This document shows, in pieces, positions 13,142 to 28,413 of a stretch of 64,000 nt of DNA. The position numbers and the translations under genes were made by a program. Within the stretch, counting starts at the first letter, position 1; each line of letters opens with the position of its first letter. The notes under the pieces were generated by a model that was not told the DNA's origin, did no database searches, and saw nothing but the letters and a program-made list of their open reading frames with translations. Source of the DNA: Octopus vulgaris (Eukaryota); NCBI GenBank assembly GCA_951406725.2, contig OX597824.1:48422001-48486000 (forward strand), read 5' to 3'.

Positions 13142-13974
13142 AGTTTCACTTTAACATTAAAATTTCAGTTGTGTCAAAATAATTTCTTCGCTTTGAAACC
13201 GCAACCTGTTCACTGACAAAACTTCACTTACAAAACTTCGCAAAAGTAATGCAGCACGAAGTTTTGTCAGTGAACAGCAAACAAATACACGCACGCACGC
13301 ACACACACATACCCCCCCCCCACACACACCCACAGACACACACACACCCACAAACACACACACACACACATTCATTGCTTTTCATTTGTGTGTATGCATA
13401 TCTATGTGTGTGTGCGAGTGTGTCACTGTTGAAGTCGCTCGTGCAACTTGCTTGTGTATATATTGGCTTAGTGGTACAGAGTGTTTGGAAACTGCGAAGA
13501 AGGAGCAAGTTTCGAGTACGTGTCGGTAGCTATTTTTTCTCCTCGTCTTCTAATAGTAATTACCCAACTTTCTAGGCTCTTCTTACAGCTACCCCGCGTC
13601 CAAAAATTATACGGGTATTTAAAAAATTTTCATTCAATAAATAATATATTACGTATACATTAATAGAATAAACTGTCGGTTTTCCAAATAGCCAATGAAA
13701 ACTTAAAAGAGAAAGTGAGAGACTTTGTAAATGAAAATGGAATACTCCGCAGTGAATGCAATGAATGTTTAAATTTACGAGAAATTGGAGTTGAAAAAAT
13801 TCAAGAAACTTGAGAAATCGAAATTATAGGCAATTTCTTAGAACATGAATTTATAAAAATATTTCCGGACGGTCAACCCTTTAATAATTGCTTTCTGTTA
13901 GTACTTTTGGTAATGGTTACATACCTAATTAATAAGCAGTTTTCTCCATTATGGTATAGATATATATATATATA

Positions 13975-14370
13975 TTCATTTGCTTGTTTCAGTCATTTGA
14001 CTTCGGCCATACTGGAGCACCACCTTAAGGAGCTTTTAGTTGAAGAAATTGACTCCAAGACTTATTCTCTGTAAGCCAAGTACATATCCTAACGGTGTCT
14101 TTTACCGAACCGCTATGTTACAGGGACGTAAACTCACCAACATCGGTTGTTAAGCGATGTGGGGACAAACACAAGCACAAACACATACACACGTATATAT
14201 ATATATATATACAACGGGCTTCTTTCAGTTTCCGTCTACTAAATCCCCTCACAAGGCTTTAATCGGCCCGAGGCTATGGTAGAAGACACCTGCGCACGGT
14301 ACCACGCACTGGGACTGAACCCAGAACCATGTGGTTAGAAAGCAAGCTTCTTACCACACAGCTACCGCTA
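13975..14370 (-). mobile_element. tRNA-derived SINE family B, near full length
   Basis: tgtttcagtcatttgacttcggccat...(CA)(TA)n...gggcttctttcagtttccgtctac...gggactgaacccagaaccatgtgg...cttaccacacag. Confidence 0.8.
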
Positions 14371-14394
14371 CACCTACACACACACACACACACG

Positions 14395-14437
<43 letters not shown>

Positions 14438-14442
<5 letters not shown>

Positions 14443-15131
14443 AATCAAGGAATGGCCATAATAAGCCATTCACCCACTAGAAATAACAGCCAAAGCTTCA
14501 ACCGCAAAATAACAATAATTCCGCAAACCAGGAGAAAATTAAAAAAACATTTACCCTGTAATTTCTTATACGATGCACTGTTTCATCTATTGTTTAATGG
14601 TAAACTAACCTGATTAAATTAAATCAAGTCAATCTTCCATAGGCCGATAGATTCGTCAGTAAGAAACAGCCAAGATCCGAGCAGATATTATCACGAGGCA
14701 CCTCTGTCCCTGCCTCGGCAATATCTGACCTAAAATTTTCAAATCATCGCACTCGCGCCAAATTTATCGGCAGCAAATATAAGCCGCCGATTCCATTACG
14801 GAATTAACCAGAAAATTCATAATTAATCAATATAGGGTGGCAAAAAATTTCGTAGAATTTATTTGCCACCAGCATTAAACAATAGATGAAACGGTGCATC
14901 GTATAAGAAATTACAGGGTAAATGTTTTTTTAATTTTCTCCTGGTTTGCGGAATTATTGTTATTTTGCGGTTGAAGCTTTGGCTGTTATTTCTAGTGGGT
15001 GAATGGCCTATTATGGCCATTCCTTGATTGTGATGTTGAACTTATAAATGGTCTATGACTATTTAATTTTTTTCCCACTAGGCCGCTGGTGGCAAATAAA
15101 TTCTACGAAATTTTTTGCCACCCTATATTGA

Positions 15132-15139
<8 letters not shown>
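14438..15139. repeat. Interlocked inverted repeats A-B-A'-B'
   Basis: A 14438-14599 is the reverse complement of A' 14873-15034. B 14819-14873 is the reverse complement of B' 15085-15139. Confidence 0.9.
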
Positions 15140-15221
<82 letters not shown>

Positions 15222-15818
15222 CAAAAATAATACATGTATACACACACACACATACACATATATCAGGCAAAAATTATATATACATATATTATAGTTTCTT
15301 ATATTAAATGCAAAATTATATATATAATTTCTTTTTCTGACTTACGCTTTCATGTACTAGTTTTTATTCACTAATTTAATACTACGAAAAGTAGATATCG
15401 AAAGAATATAAATAAATAAACAGAAAATGCATACATAAAGGTAGAGAAATTGGAAAACGAAACCAAAACAATTCGATGTTCGACAGTTGGTTATTGATTT
15501 TTACTGCAACCACAAGTCTGCCAAAAATAGAAAAGCCCTAGCGATTCTCCAAGCACCACGTCAGTAATTGCAGAACTCTCTTCATACGTGAACGATGAAA
15601 AACAATGTGAACTGAAGTAGACTGTTCAGTGTGTATTAAAATCAATAACCGAAATAAGCTGAAGATGCTGGTTTTCTTTTTTCATTATTATTAATTTTAG
15701 ATTTATTGCAATTGTTTTTTAAAAGAATTTTTAACTTTTATGTTCACTTTCTTCCCTTCTCTGTGTCGATGAGTGTATATGGTAGGTGAGCCAGGGTAAG
15801 ATATTATTATTGTTATTA

Positions 15819-15903
<85 letters not shown>

Positions 15904-16112
15904 GGCGGTAAGCTGACAGAATCGTGAGCACGTTGGACGAAATGTGTAGCGGCATTTCGCCCGTGGCGACGTTCTGAGTTAAATTTCCGCCTGAGGCCGA
16001 TTTGCCTTTCATCCTTTCGGGGTCGATAAATTAAGTACCAGTGAAACATTGGAGTCGATGTAATCGACTAGCTCCCTCCCCCAAATTTCAGTCCTTGTGC
16101 CCTTAGTAGAAG
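15904..16112 (+). mobile_element. SINE family A between (ATT)n runs
   Basis: ggcggtaagctgacagaatcg...gcctttcatcctttcggggtcgataaattaagtacc. Confidence 0.8.
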
Positions 16113-16164
16113 CGATTATTATTATTATTATTATTATTATCATTATTATTATTATTATTATTTT

Positions 16165-16567
16165 GGGTCGGCTCAGGTTTGGTCTTATTCCTGGTAGGAG
16201 TTATGTAGGTAGGGGATTTCTACCTGTAACCTTAGGTATCCAGAAGTTTTCAGCAGTCTTTCAAGTGCTTAGAAACCTCCTGATAATCTTTCCTGTCCTC
16301 TAGAGACAAACTTTCTGTAGGAGTTCTACCGGACATTCTATTCCGATCTATGTCGCCCATTTGTCTATATCTTTGCTTACTGTTCCCAACGCACCTTTTT
16401 TTAAATGTTTTTACGCTATGCATATGTCCCTTCTTTTTCAATGTATACCGTATATGCTTACTTTTTTTTTTTTATCATTTCATTATATGTAACCAACCCA
16501 CCACGCTTTATGTCTGTCTTTGTATTGTCCCCCTCATGCCTCACCCCTGTGGCAAATAAATGAAATC
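16165..16567 (+). mobile_element. Probable 3' UTR of a Tx1-related LINE, flanked by (ATT)n
   Basis: Ends tgtctgtctttgtattgtccccctc...cccctgtggcaaataaatgaaa followed by (ATC/ATT)n, similar to the Tx1 and SINE A 3' ends. No ORF is retained. Confidence 0.5.
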
Positions 16568-16568
16568 A

Positions 16569-17257
<689 letters not shown>

Positions 17258-17585
17258 ACAACAGATTAAACTGTTAGAAAAGAAAAATTCCTAACATCGA
17301 GCTGCAACAAGTAACCTCAGACGCCAAGAACCCTCCTAAGTATCTTAGCTGTCCCTAAAAATACTGTTTTCTGAAGCTGTACAGAACTAAGTTTTAAATT
17401 TATTTTTTCTATCCATCTGTTCAAATCTTTAGGGATAATTCCTAATGCATCTATAATTACAAGAATATATTTTAACCGCGCTTTCCATAGCCTTTTTAAC
17501 TTAATGGCTAAGTCCTGGTATTTTGTTTTTCTCTGTTTTCTCTATACTTCTCATATTAACTTTCTTATTATTTGGGACTGTTATT
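17258..17585 (-). mobile_element. 3' fragment of an R4/Dong-like LINE (RLE C-terminus)
   Basis: Minus-strand translation EKTKYQDLAIKLKRLWK...IIDALGIIPK...LQKTVFLGTAKILRRVLGV*, homologous to ORF 42545-42847. Confidence 0.75.
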
Positions 17586-18427
17586 ATTAAGAAGCCAAGT
17601 TGGCAGACTCATTTGTACGTCGTTCTAAATTCTCAGCGACATTTCTTACCGCTCTTTACGTTCTCAATTCACATTCTACCGTAGTCGACTTTTCCTTTGA
17701 CTTTGTATTCACATATTTTTATAAACAACCTTTATTAATTGTTCAGTATGGTCACGTCTGGTGGCGGTGGCGAATACATAAAAACTCTCGCGAATTTGTT
17801 TGATTTTTGAAATTGTTGAAAAGACAAAACAGATTAAAAGAAAAAAATATTAAACAGAAAAAAAAAACTGACAATTAAACAGACCCACTTATGCTATCGG
17901 GAAAGAAGTTGGAAGAAACTTTGCCTAATATGTGGTCGGCTGTGTGCTTTCATCGTCCTTAAGGTCGAGAATCAGCCGAGAAGACTCGACAGAGCTAGTG
18001 TATTACACACTCTACTAGCAGTGCATGGGTTACCCCTTGTAGTTGTTGTCACTTTTGAATAGCAAGAGAGTATGTGGTAAAGGCGTTGGTGACCCACAAT
18101 AGCATGTGATCCAGTGGGATCTCTACGGACCCTCAGATTCTGATGAACACTATTGAACACAAGGTTACCAAGGAAATGTATCTCATTGTCAGAGTACAGC
18201 GGAGCTCATCCTGACTGTTGGTGCAGGGCAGGAGATCTAATTGACACATATAGAAGAGCCAGTTGATGGCTTTTATCATTTGTAGATTTCATTTTCACCT
18301 TCACCTGCATCTATGTTTAAATTCACCTACCTTGACAATAACACGTAATAACATACACCCACATGTTTATATACATGTATGTATGTATGTATGTATGTAT
18401 GTATGTATGTGTCTCTCTCCCCCCCCC

Positions 18428-18473
<46 letters not shown>

Positions 18474-18477
<4 letters not shown>

Positions 18478-18701
18478 TTACTACCCACAAGGGGCTAAAC
18501 ATAGAGGGGACAAACAAGGACAGACAAAGTGATTAAGTCGATTCCATCGACCCCAGTGCGTAACTGGTACTTAATTTATCGACCCCGAAAGGATGAAAGG
18601 CAAAGTCAACCTCGGCGGAATCTGAACTCAGAACGTAACAGCAGACGAAATACGGCTACGCATTTCGCCCGGCGTGCTACCGTTTCTGTCAGCTCACCGC
18701 C
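18474..18701 (-). mobile_element. Full-length SINE family A with Tx1-like 3' tail
   Basis: Reverse complement of 47239-47460. Pol III A/B-box head; tail tgtttagccccttgtgggtagtaaaga. Confidence 0.9.
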
Positions 18702-19572
18702 TATATATATATATGGTCTGCTCGCTTAGCCAGCGGGGTGGCGTCGTTCAAAGGCTAAAACAATGCGAACGCATTGTGACCAGCGATGTGTAATAACATC
18801 AGATGGTCTGGTCGGTCACGTGTTCACGTGATATATATATATGTATGTATGTATGTATGTACATATACATAATAGACACACGCACACACATACAGACACA
18901 TACACACACACAAATACGCACACACACACACGCATATACACACACATTCATATATATATTACAATATCTATATTTATATATTCGAAACAATGCCTTGATT
19001 TTCGATTACATTAATAAGCTCTACAATACATAATGAATACGTGTTGCGCAATTCCAGAATTGAGTGTGTTTGTGTGTGTGTATGTTTAGAGAAAGAGAGA
19101 AAGAGGGGGAGAGAGGAGAGTAAGAGAGAGAGAGAGGGAGAGAGAAAGAGAAAGAGAGGGACAGAAAAAGAGTTATATACCTGCAGGCAAGAAATGTGGT
19201 TAAGATTTCAATTTATTTAGTTTTATAGAAAACATTACTAAATTTAGATAGACACACCTGAAGGTGAATATAAAGAGGTCTAGAGAGGTATAGCCTAACC
19301 TATATCGTGCAAATGTAGTTTGTTTATAGATTGGTGGGAAAACCTTGTTCAGGATTGACACTGAATATTCTGCGCAGTATAATGCGTGCTACCTCCACGT
19401 CCAAAGACTGAGTCATATAAATAGTTGATCACGTAAATAGCTGTGGAATTTGGCCGTGTTACATGCATCCCAGGAAAAATAACAACGAATATGGGCGCAG
19501 TGTGTAAACGCCAAATTTGGGACAGATATTCGCACATACATGCACGCACACAAACATATACATGTTTGTATG

Positions 19573-19787
19573 CGAGAGGGTACTGAAAAATTCCGAGCTT
19601 TATGTAAAAGAAAATACATGATGATCAGTTAATCATAATTTTATTCAATATATTCCCCTCAGATTTACACGCTTATTGCGGCAGTTCTTCAGTTTTTCTA
19701 AGCCTTGTAAAAGAACTCTGAAGGTTGGGCCTCCAACTAGGCCTTTCGCGGCACCCTTAAAGCCAGGAACCTATCAGCACCACCTCG
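19573..19787. mobile_element. Mariner-type MITE, also at ~23572-23786 and ~27595-27811
   Basis: Ends cgagagggtactgaaaaattcc and ggaacctatcagcaccacctcg|ta are imperfect TIRs of the CGAGG mariner type. Confidence 0.65.
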
Positions 19788-20189
19788 TACATATATATGT
19801 ATGTATGTGTAGGCACAGTATGGCCGAATGGTTTAAAAGTTTGCTTCGAGAAAACGAGTCCGGTTTCATGAATCTTGGGTCAACGTCATTCCGTATAACC
19901 TCAGGTTCATTGAGGAAGGCGAGCAAGCTTGTATTTAATGTTAAGGTGTTTTATATATGACTTGATATTAAAACAAACACACACATTTTATATTTGGCCC
20001 ATAGAAGTCTTTAGCTGCAGCCATACTGAAACACTACCTTGAAGAATTTTGTCGAATGTGTTGACCCAAGTACTAATTCTATCAGTCTCTTTTGCCGTCT
20101 AAGTTTCAAGGACATTAACACACCAACGCCGGTTGTGAAGTGGTGGTGGTGGACACACACACATACACACACACGTCTATATTTATCTA

Positions 20190-20328
20190 ATATTTTTTCA
20201 TGATCCCTTTTGATCAGAATTCGCTCCCCTCTTTTCTTCGTTTTTCTTTTTTTCCTCTTCTCTTCTTCCCAAAAAGAAAAGCTCTACTTTGTCCCTTCTG
20301 TGTTTAGCCCTGTGTGGCCAATAAAGAA

Positions 20329-20330
<2 letters not shown>
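20190..20330 (+). mobile_element. Very short 3'-terminal Tx1 copy, also at ~24189-24329 and ~28195-28331
   Basis: gatcccttttgatc...ccaaaaagaaaagctctac...gccctgtgtggccaataaagaaa followed by (TCTA)n matches the Tx1 3' UTR. Confidence 0.85.
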
Positions 20331-20416
<86 letters not shown>

Positions 20417-20419
<3 letters not shown>

Positions 20420-22369
20420 GACATCGCACGTTCGGTTCGTCAGGGATGCCCCCTCTCGTCGCTTCTATACGTATTGACTCTCGAGCCATTATTGCGGAAG
20501 CTGGCAACTTTGAGGGGCATCCCGCAAAACTGGGATGCGGGACGAGCGTGTCTGCATACGCGGACGATGTCACCGTCATAGAGTCTAGCCACGAGCACAT
20601 CGAGCAGGTCGGCGAGACACTGAAAAACTACGAAGCGGTGACAGGAGCGAAAATCAACCGGGAAAAGTCAGTGGGCTTGCGACTAGGCACCTGGAGAAGC
20701 AAGCCCATGCCGTCCACCAGCGCCTCCGTCGTGGGACGCCGGACCGACGGCCCGGTTGAGTTGCTCGGGTTCTGGTTCGGTTCGGACCTCCAAGTGGAGA
20801 AAAACTGGAACGAGATAACGAGTAGGGTGGTCACTCTCGCCCGGCAATGGGCCGAGAGGAAACTGTCCCTAAAAGGTCGGGCGGAGGTGGCGAACACGTA
20901 CATCGCGTCGGTCATCTATTACCGCCTGACCGTCGTGCCTTGTCCCGACCCTACCATCATCAAACTAGAACGCATTCTCTTTCGCTTCTTGTGGAAAGGA
21001 TGCGTCCCGATGGTCAGGCGATCCATTTGCTGTCAACACCCGTTAAAAGGAGGACTGGGCATGCCGTGGTTGATGATGCGCAGACACGCGCTGAGACTGC
21101 GACATCTCAGGCTCTTCGTAGACGACGGTGAACAGGTGTGGTCGCCGTTTGTGAGGCACGCTTTCCCGCAGCTCGTCTCCAGGACCGAACTACAGTCGTG
21201 GATCAAAAAGAGGCCGAGGAAGAGCGAATGGCACCGCGAGTGTCGCGTTGCTCTCAAGCAACTCTGCCGTCCTGGGTCGATTGAGTGACTTCATCACAAC
21301 TAAAGCATTCTATAGGGGATTAGTGGAGGGGAGGTACGACGACGAGCTCGGGGCGAACCTGGACGTCGACGAGGATACCTGACCCGCCTGTTCGGGACGA
21401 CTTTCGGGCCAGGGCCCAAGGACAACTTCCAGAGATCCCTGGCCTGGCAGTGCTACCGAGAAGCGCTACCCGTTCGGGATAAGCTCTACAGACACGGCTC
21501 GAGAAATACGGGACCGACCTGCCCGAGATGCGGCCAGAGCGACGAAACCGTTCTGCACGCACTCGTACAGTGTCCAACAATTTCCGACCTGTGGGCTTAT
21601 GTCGAACAACTGCTGTCACGTGTGGGACGAGTCGGTTTATCAGCTGAGTCTATCGTCAATATTGTCACGCCTCCTTCCTTCAAACGGGAAGGAAGAGCTA
21701 TTTTCATCATCCTTGTGGTTATGGCGAAAGAATGTATCTGGTGGACGCGTCTGAAAGGATTGGAGACAAACACTTTCCTCTCTGGTCAATCTCTCATCAA
21801 TTTCTTCAAGTACCACTTGAAAAGGAAAGTGAGAGTAGAGAGGCAAGTTTTGTCTAGCGAATGTTTTAAAAAAAGATGGGTGAATGTAGCAAGGACGGCA
21901 CGTATGAATGACGAAGCCACCTTGAGCATAATCCTATGAACCCAGAAATTGAAAACAGAGGGTTACCCACTTGCAAACAAATGTGGTAACATATAACAAT
22001 ATTGACCAAGGTTACCGTGGTCTTTTTCGTAGGCTTTTCTTCCCACGGATAAACCTTACTTGCTGTCCCCTTTACACCATACATCATAACACTGTGATAC
22101 ACAATCCCTATTGATCGTTTTTTTTCCTCATCCCATTTTTTCTTCCTTTTTTTTTCATTTCTCTTTTCTTTTGTTCCTTTTCCTTTATTTTTCTTTTTTT
22201 CCTTTTACGATCCCTTTTGATCGAAAACCTAGGCCATCTTTTTTTTGTTTATTTTGTATTTTGTTTTTCTTGTTTTTTGTTTTTTGTTTTTTTTTCATCC
22301 CCCAAAAGAAAAGCTCTACCTTGTAAACTGTCCCATCTGTGTGCAGCCCTGTGTGGCCAATAAAGAAAC
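20417..22369 (+). mobile_element. 5'-truncated Tx1-clade LINE in (TATC)n, copy B1
   Basis: RT motifs SVRQGCPLSSLLY, AYADDVTV and GAKINREKS, plus GGLG and the CCHC region. Frameshifted. Ends aataaagaaac then (TATC)n. Confidence 0.92.
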
Positions 22370-22390
22370 TTATCTATCTATCTATCTATG

Positions 22391-22450
<60 letters not shown>

Positions 22451-22610
22451 CGACGGGTTTCTTTCAGTTTCCGTCTACGAAATCCACTCACAAGACTCTG
22501 GTCGGCTCGTAGCTGTAGTAGAAAACACTCGAGCAAGGTGCAACGCAGTGGATCCGATCCTGGAGCTATGTGGTTGGAAGTAAACTTTTTACCACACAGC
22601 CACGCCTGCA
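22451..22610 (-). mobile_element. Head half of SINE family B; its other half is ~19990-20175, split by the Tx1 insertions. Repeated in units 2 and 3
   Basis: cgacgggtttctttcagtttccgtctacgaaatccactcacaag...accacacagccacgcctg. Confidence 0.7.
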
Positions 22611-24327
22611 TATGCGTATTTTCTTTCTTTTCATTTCTTTTTGTTTGCTGCAACCTATTTTCTTTATGCTCATTTCACTGTGATTGCATTTCTTTTTACT
22701 AGTATATATTACCATGTGCACTGATGCATTTCAATTTGTTTATTTTGTTCGTATAAAACATTCCATTGAGGCAACGTGTAAATGTCAACACGGCACAGTG
22801 AAAATTTCATTCTAGTTGTGACTAGGAGAAAGATTAAAAAAAAACAAAAAACGAATAGTTAGTTCACAGTTGCTTGCATTGCAATTGTGCGCTTATTTAA
22901 GCCTTCGATTGTGTACTCCTGTTAGAGTTGAACACTTCCACACACCATATTACATTCAGAAATGTGTTCCCTTCAAAAAACAACAACAGAGGCTTGATTT
23001 TCGATTACATTAATAAGCTCTACAATACATAATGAATACGTGTTGCGCAATTCCAGAATTGAGTGTGTTTGTGTGTGTGTATGTTTAGAGAAAGAGAGAA
23101 AGAGGGGGAGAGAGGAGAGTAAGAGAGAGAGAGAGGGAGAGAGAAAGAGAAAGAGAGGGACAGAAAAAGAGTTATATACCTGCAGGCAAGAAATGTGGTT
23201 AAGATTTCAATTTATTTAGTTTTATAGAAAACATTACTAAATTTAGATAGACACACCTGAAGGTGAATATAAAGAGGTCTAGAGAGGTATAGCCTAACCT
23301 ATATCGTGCAAATGTAGTTTGTTTATAGATTGGTGGGAAAACCTTGTTCAGGATTGACACTGAATATTCTGCGCAGTATAATGCGTGCTACCTCCACGTC
23401 CAAAGACTGAGTCATATAAATAGTTGATCACGTAAATAGCTGTGGAATTTGGCCGTGTTACATGCATCCCAGGAAAAATAACAACGAATATGGGCGCAGT
23501 GTGTAAACGCCAAATTTGGGACAGATATTCGCACATACATGCACGCACACAAACATATACATGTTTGTATGCGAGAGGGTACTGAAAAATTCCGAGCTTT
23601 ATGTAAAAGAAAATACATGATGATCAGTTAATCATAATTTTATTCAATATATTCCCCTCAGATTTACACGCTTATTGCGGCAGTTCTTCAGTTTTTCTAA
23701 GCCTTGTAAAAGAACTCTGAAGGTTGGGCCTCCAACTAGGCCTTTCGCGGCACCCTTAAAGCCAGGAACCTATCAGCACCACCTCGTACATATATATGTA
23801 TGTATGTGTAGGCACAGTATGGCCGAATGGTTTAAAAGTTTGCTTCGAGAAAACGAGTCCGGTTTCATGAATCTTGGGTCAACGTCATTCCGTATAACCT
23901 CAGGTTCATTGAGGAAGGCGAGCAAGCTTGTATTTAATGTTAAGGTGTTTTATATATGACTTGATATTAAAACAAACACACACATTTTATATTTGGCCCA
24001 TAGAAGTCTTTAGCTGCAGCCATACTGAAACACTACCTTGAAGAATTTTGTCGAATGTGTTGACCCAAGTACTAATTCTATCAGTCTCTTTTGCCGTCTA
24101 AGTTTCAAGGACATTAACACACCAACGCCGGTTGTGAAGTGGTGGTGGTGGACACACACACATACACACACACGTCTATATTTATCTAATATTTTTTCAT
24201 GATCCCTTTTGATCAGAATTCGCTCCCCTCTTTTCTTCGTTTTTCTTTTTTTCCTCTTCTCTTCTTCCCAAAAAGAAAAGCTCTACTTTGTCCCTTCTGT
24301 GTTTAGCCCTGTGTGGCCAATAAAGAA

Positions 24328-26374
<2,047 letters not shown>

Positions 26375-26395
26375 TTATCTATCTATCTATCTATG

Positions 26396-26471
<76 letters not shown>

Positions 26472-28332
26472 CGACGGGTTTCTTTCAGTTTCCGTCTACG
26501 AAATCCACTCACAAGACTCTGGTCGGCTCGTAGCTGTAGTAGAAAACACTCGAGCAAGGTGCAACGCAGTGGATCCGATCCTGGAGCTATGTGGTTGGAA
26601 GTAAACTTTTTACCACACAGCCACGCCTGCATATGCGTATTTTCTTTCTTTTCATTTCTTTTTGTTTGCTGCAACCTATTTTCTTTATGCTCATTTCACT
26701 GTGATTGCATTTCTTTTTACTAGTATATATTACCATGTGCACTGATGCATTTCAATTTGTTTATTTTGTTCGTATAAAACATTCCATTGAGGCAACGTGT
26801 AAATGTCAACACGGCACAGTGAAAATTTCATTCTAGTTGTGACTAGGAGAAAGATTAAAAAAAAACAAAAAACGAATAGTTAGTTCACAGTTGCTTGCAT
26901 TGCAATTGTGCGCTTATTTAAGCCTTCGATTGTGTACTCCTGTTAGAGTTGAACACTTCCACACACCATATTACATTCAGAAATGTGTTCCCTTCAAAAA
27001 ACAACAACAGAGGCTTGATTTTCGATTACATTAATAAGCTCTACAATACATAATGAATACGTGTTGCGCAATTCCATAATTGAGTGTGTTTGTGTGTGTG
27101 TATGTTTAGAGAAAGAGAGAAAGAGGGGGAGAGAGGAGAGTAAGAGAGAGAGAGAGAGGGAGAGAGAAAGAGAAAAAGAGGGACAGGAAAAGAGTTATAT
27201 ACCTGCAGGCAAGAAATGTGGTTAAGATTTCAATTTATTTAGTTTTATAGAAAACATTACTAAATTTAGATAGACACACCTGAAGGTGAATATAAAGAGG
27301 TCTAGAGAGGTATAGCCTAACCTATATCGTGCCAATGTAGTTTGTTTATAGATTAGTGGGAAAGCCTTGTTCAGGATTGACACTGAATATTCTGCGCAGT
27401 ATAATGCGTGCTACCTCCACGTCCAAAGACTGAGTCATATAAATAGTTGATCACGTAAATAGCTGTGGAATTTGGCCGTGTTACATGCATCCCAGGAAAA
27501 ATAACAACGAATATGGGCGCAGTGTGTAAACGCCAAATTTGGGACAGATATTCGCACATACATGCACGCACACAAACATATACATGTTTGTATGCGAGAG
27601 GGTACTGAAAAATTCCGAGCTTTATGTAAAAGAAAATACATGATGATCAGTTAATCATAATTTTATTCAATATATTCCCCTCTCAGATTTACACGCTTAT
27701 TGCGGCAGTTCTTCAGTTTTTCTAAGCCTTGTAAAAGAACTCTGAAGGTTGGGCCTCCAACTAGGCCTTTCGCGGCACCCTTAAAGCCAGGAACCTATCA
27801 GCACCACCTCGTACATACATATGTATGTATGTGTATGCACAGTATGGCCGAATGGTTTAAAAGTTTGCTTCGAGAAAACGAGTCCGGTTTCAACGTCATT
27901 CCGTATAACCTCAGGTTCATTGAGGAAGGCGAGCAAGCTTGTATTTAATGTTAAGGTGTTTTATATATGACTTGATATTAAAACAAACACACACATTATA
28001 TATTTGGCCCATAGAAGTCTTTAGCTGCAGCCATACTGAAACACTGTCTTGAAGAACTTTTGTCGAATGTGTTGACCCAAGTACTAATTCTATCAGTCTC
28101 TTTTGCCGTCTAAGTTTCAAGGACATTAACACACCAACGCCGGTTGTGAAGTGGTGGTGGTGGACACACACACACACACGTCTATATTTATCTAATTTTT
28201 TTCACGATCCCTTTTGATCGGAATTCACCTCCCCTCTTTTCTTCGTTTTTCTTTTTTTCCTCTTCTCTTCTTCCCAAAAAGAAAAGCTCTGCTTTGTCCC
28301 TTCTGTGTTTAGCCCTGCGTGGCCAATAAAGC

Positions 28333-28410
<78 letters not shown>

Positions 28411-28413
<3 letters not shown>

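Noticed and set aside
15486-15650. MITE defined by ggttattgatttt/aaaatcaataacc
   Set aside because: Only a ~14-bp AT-rich inverted match, with no clear TSD or second copy.
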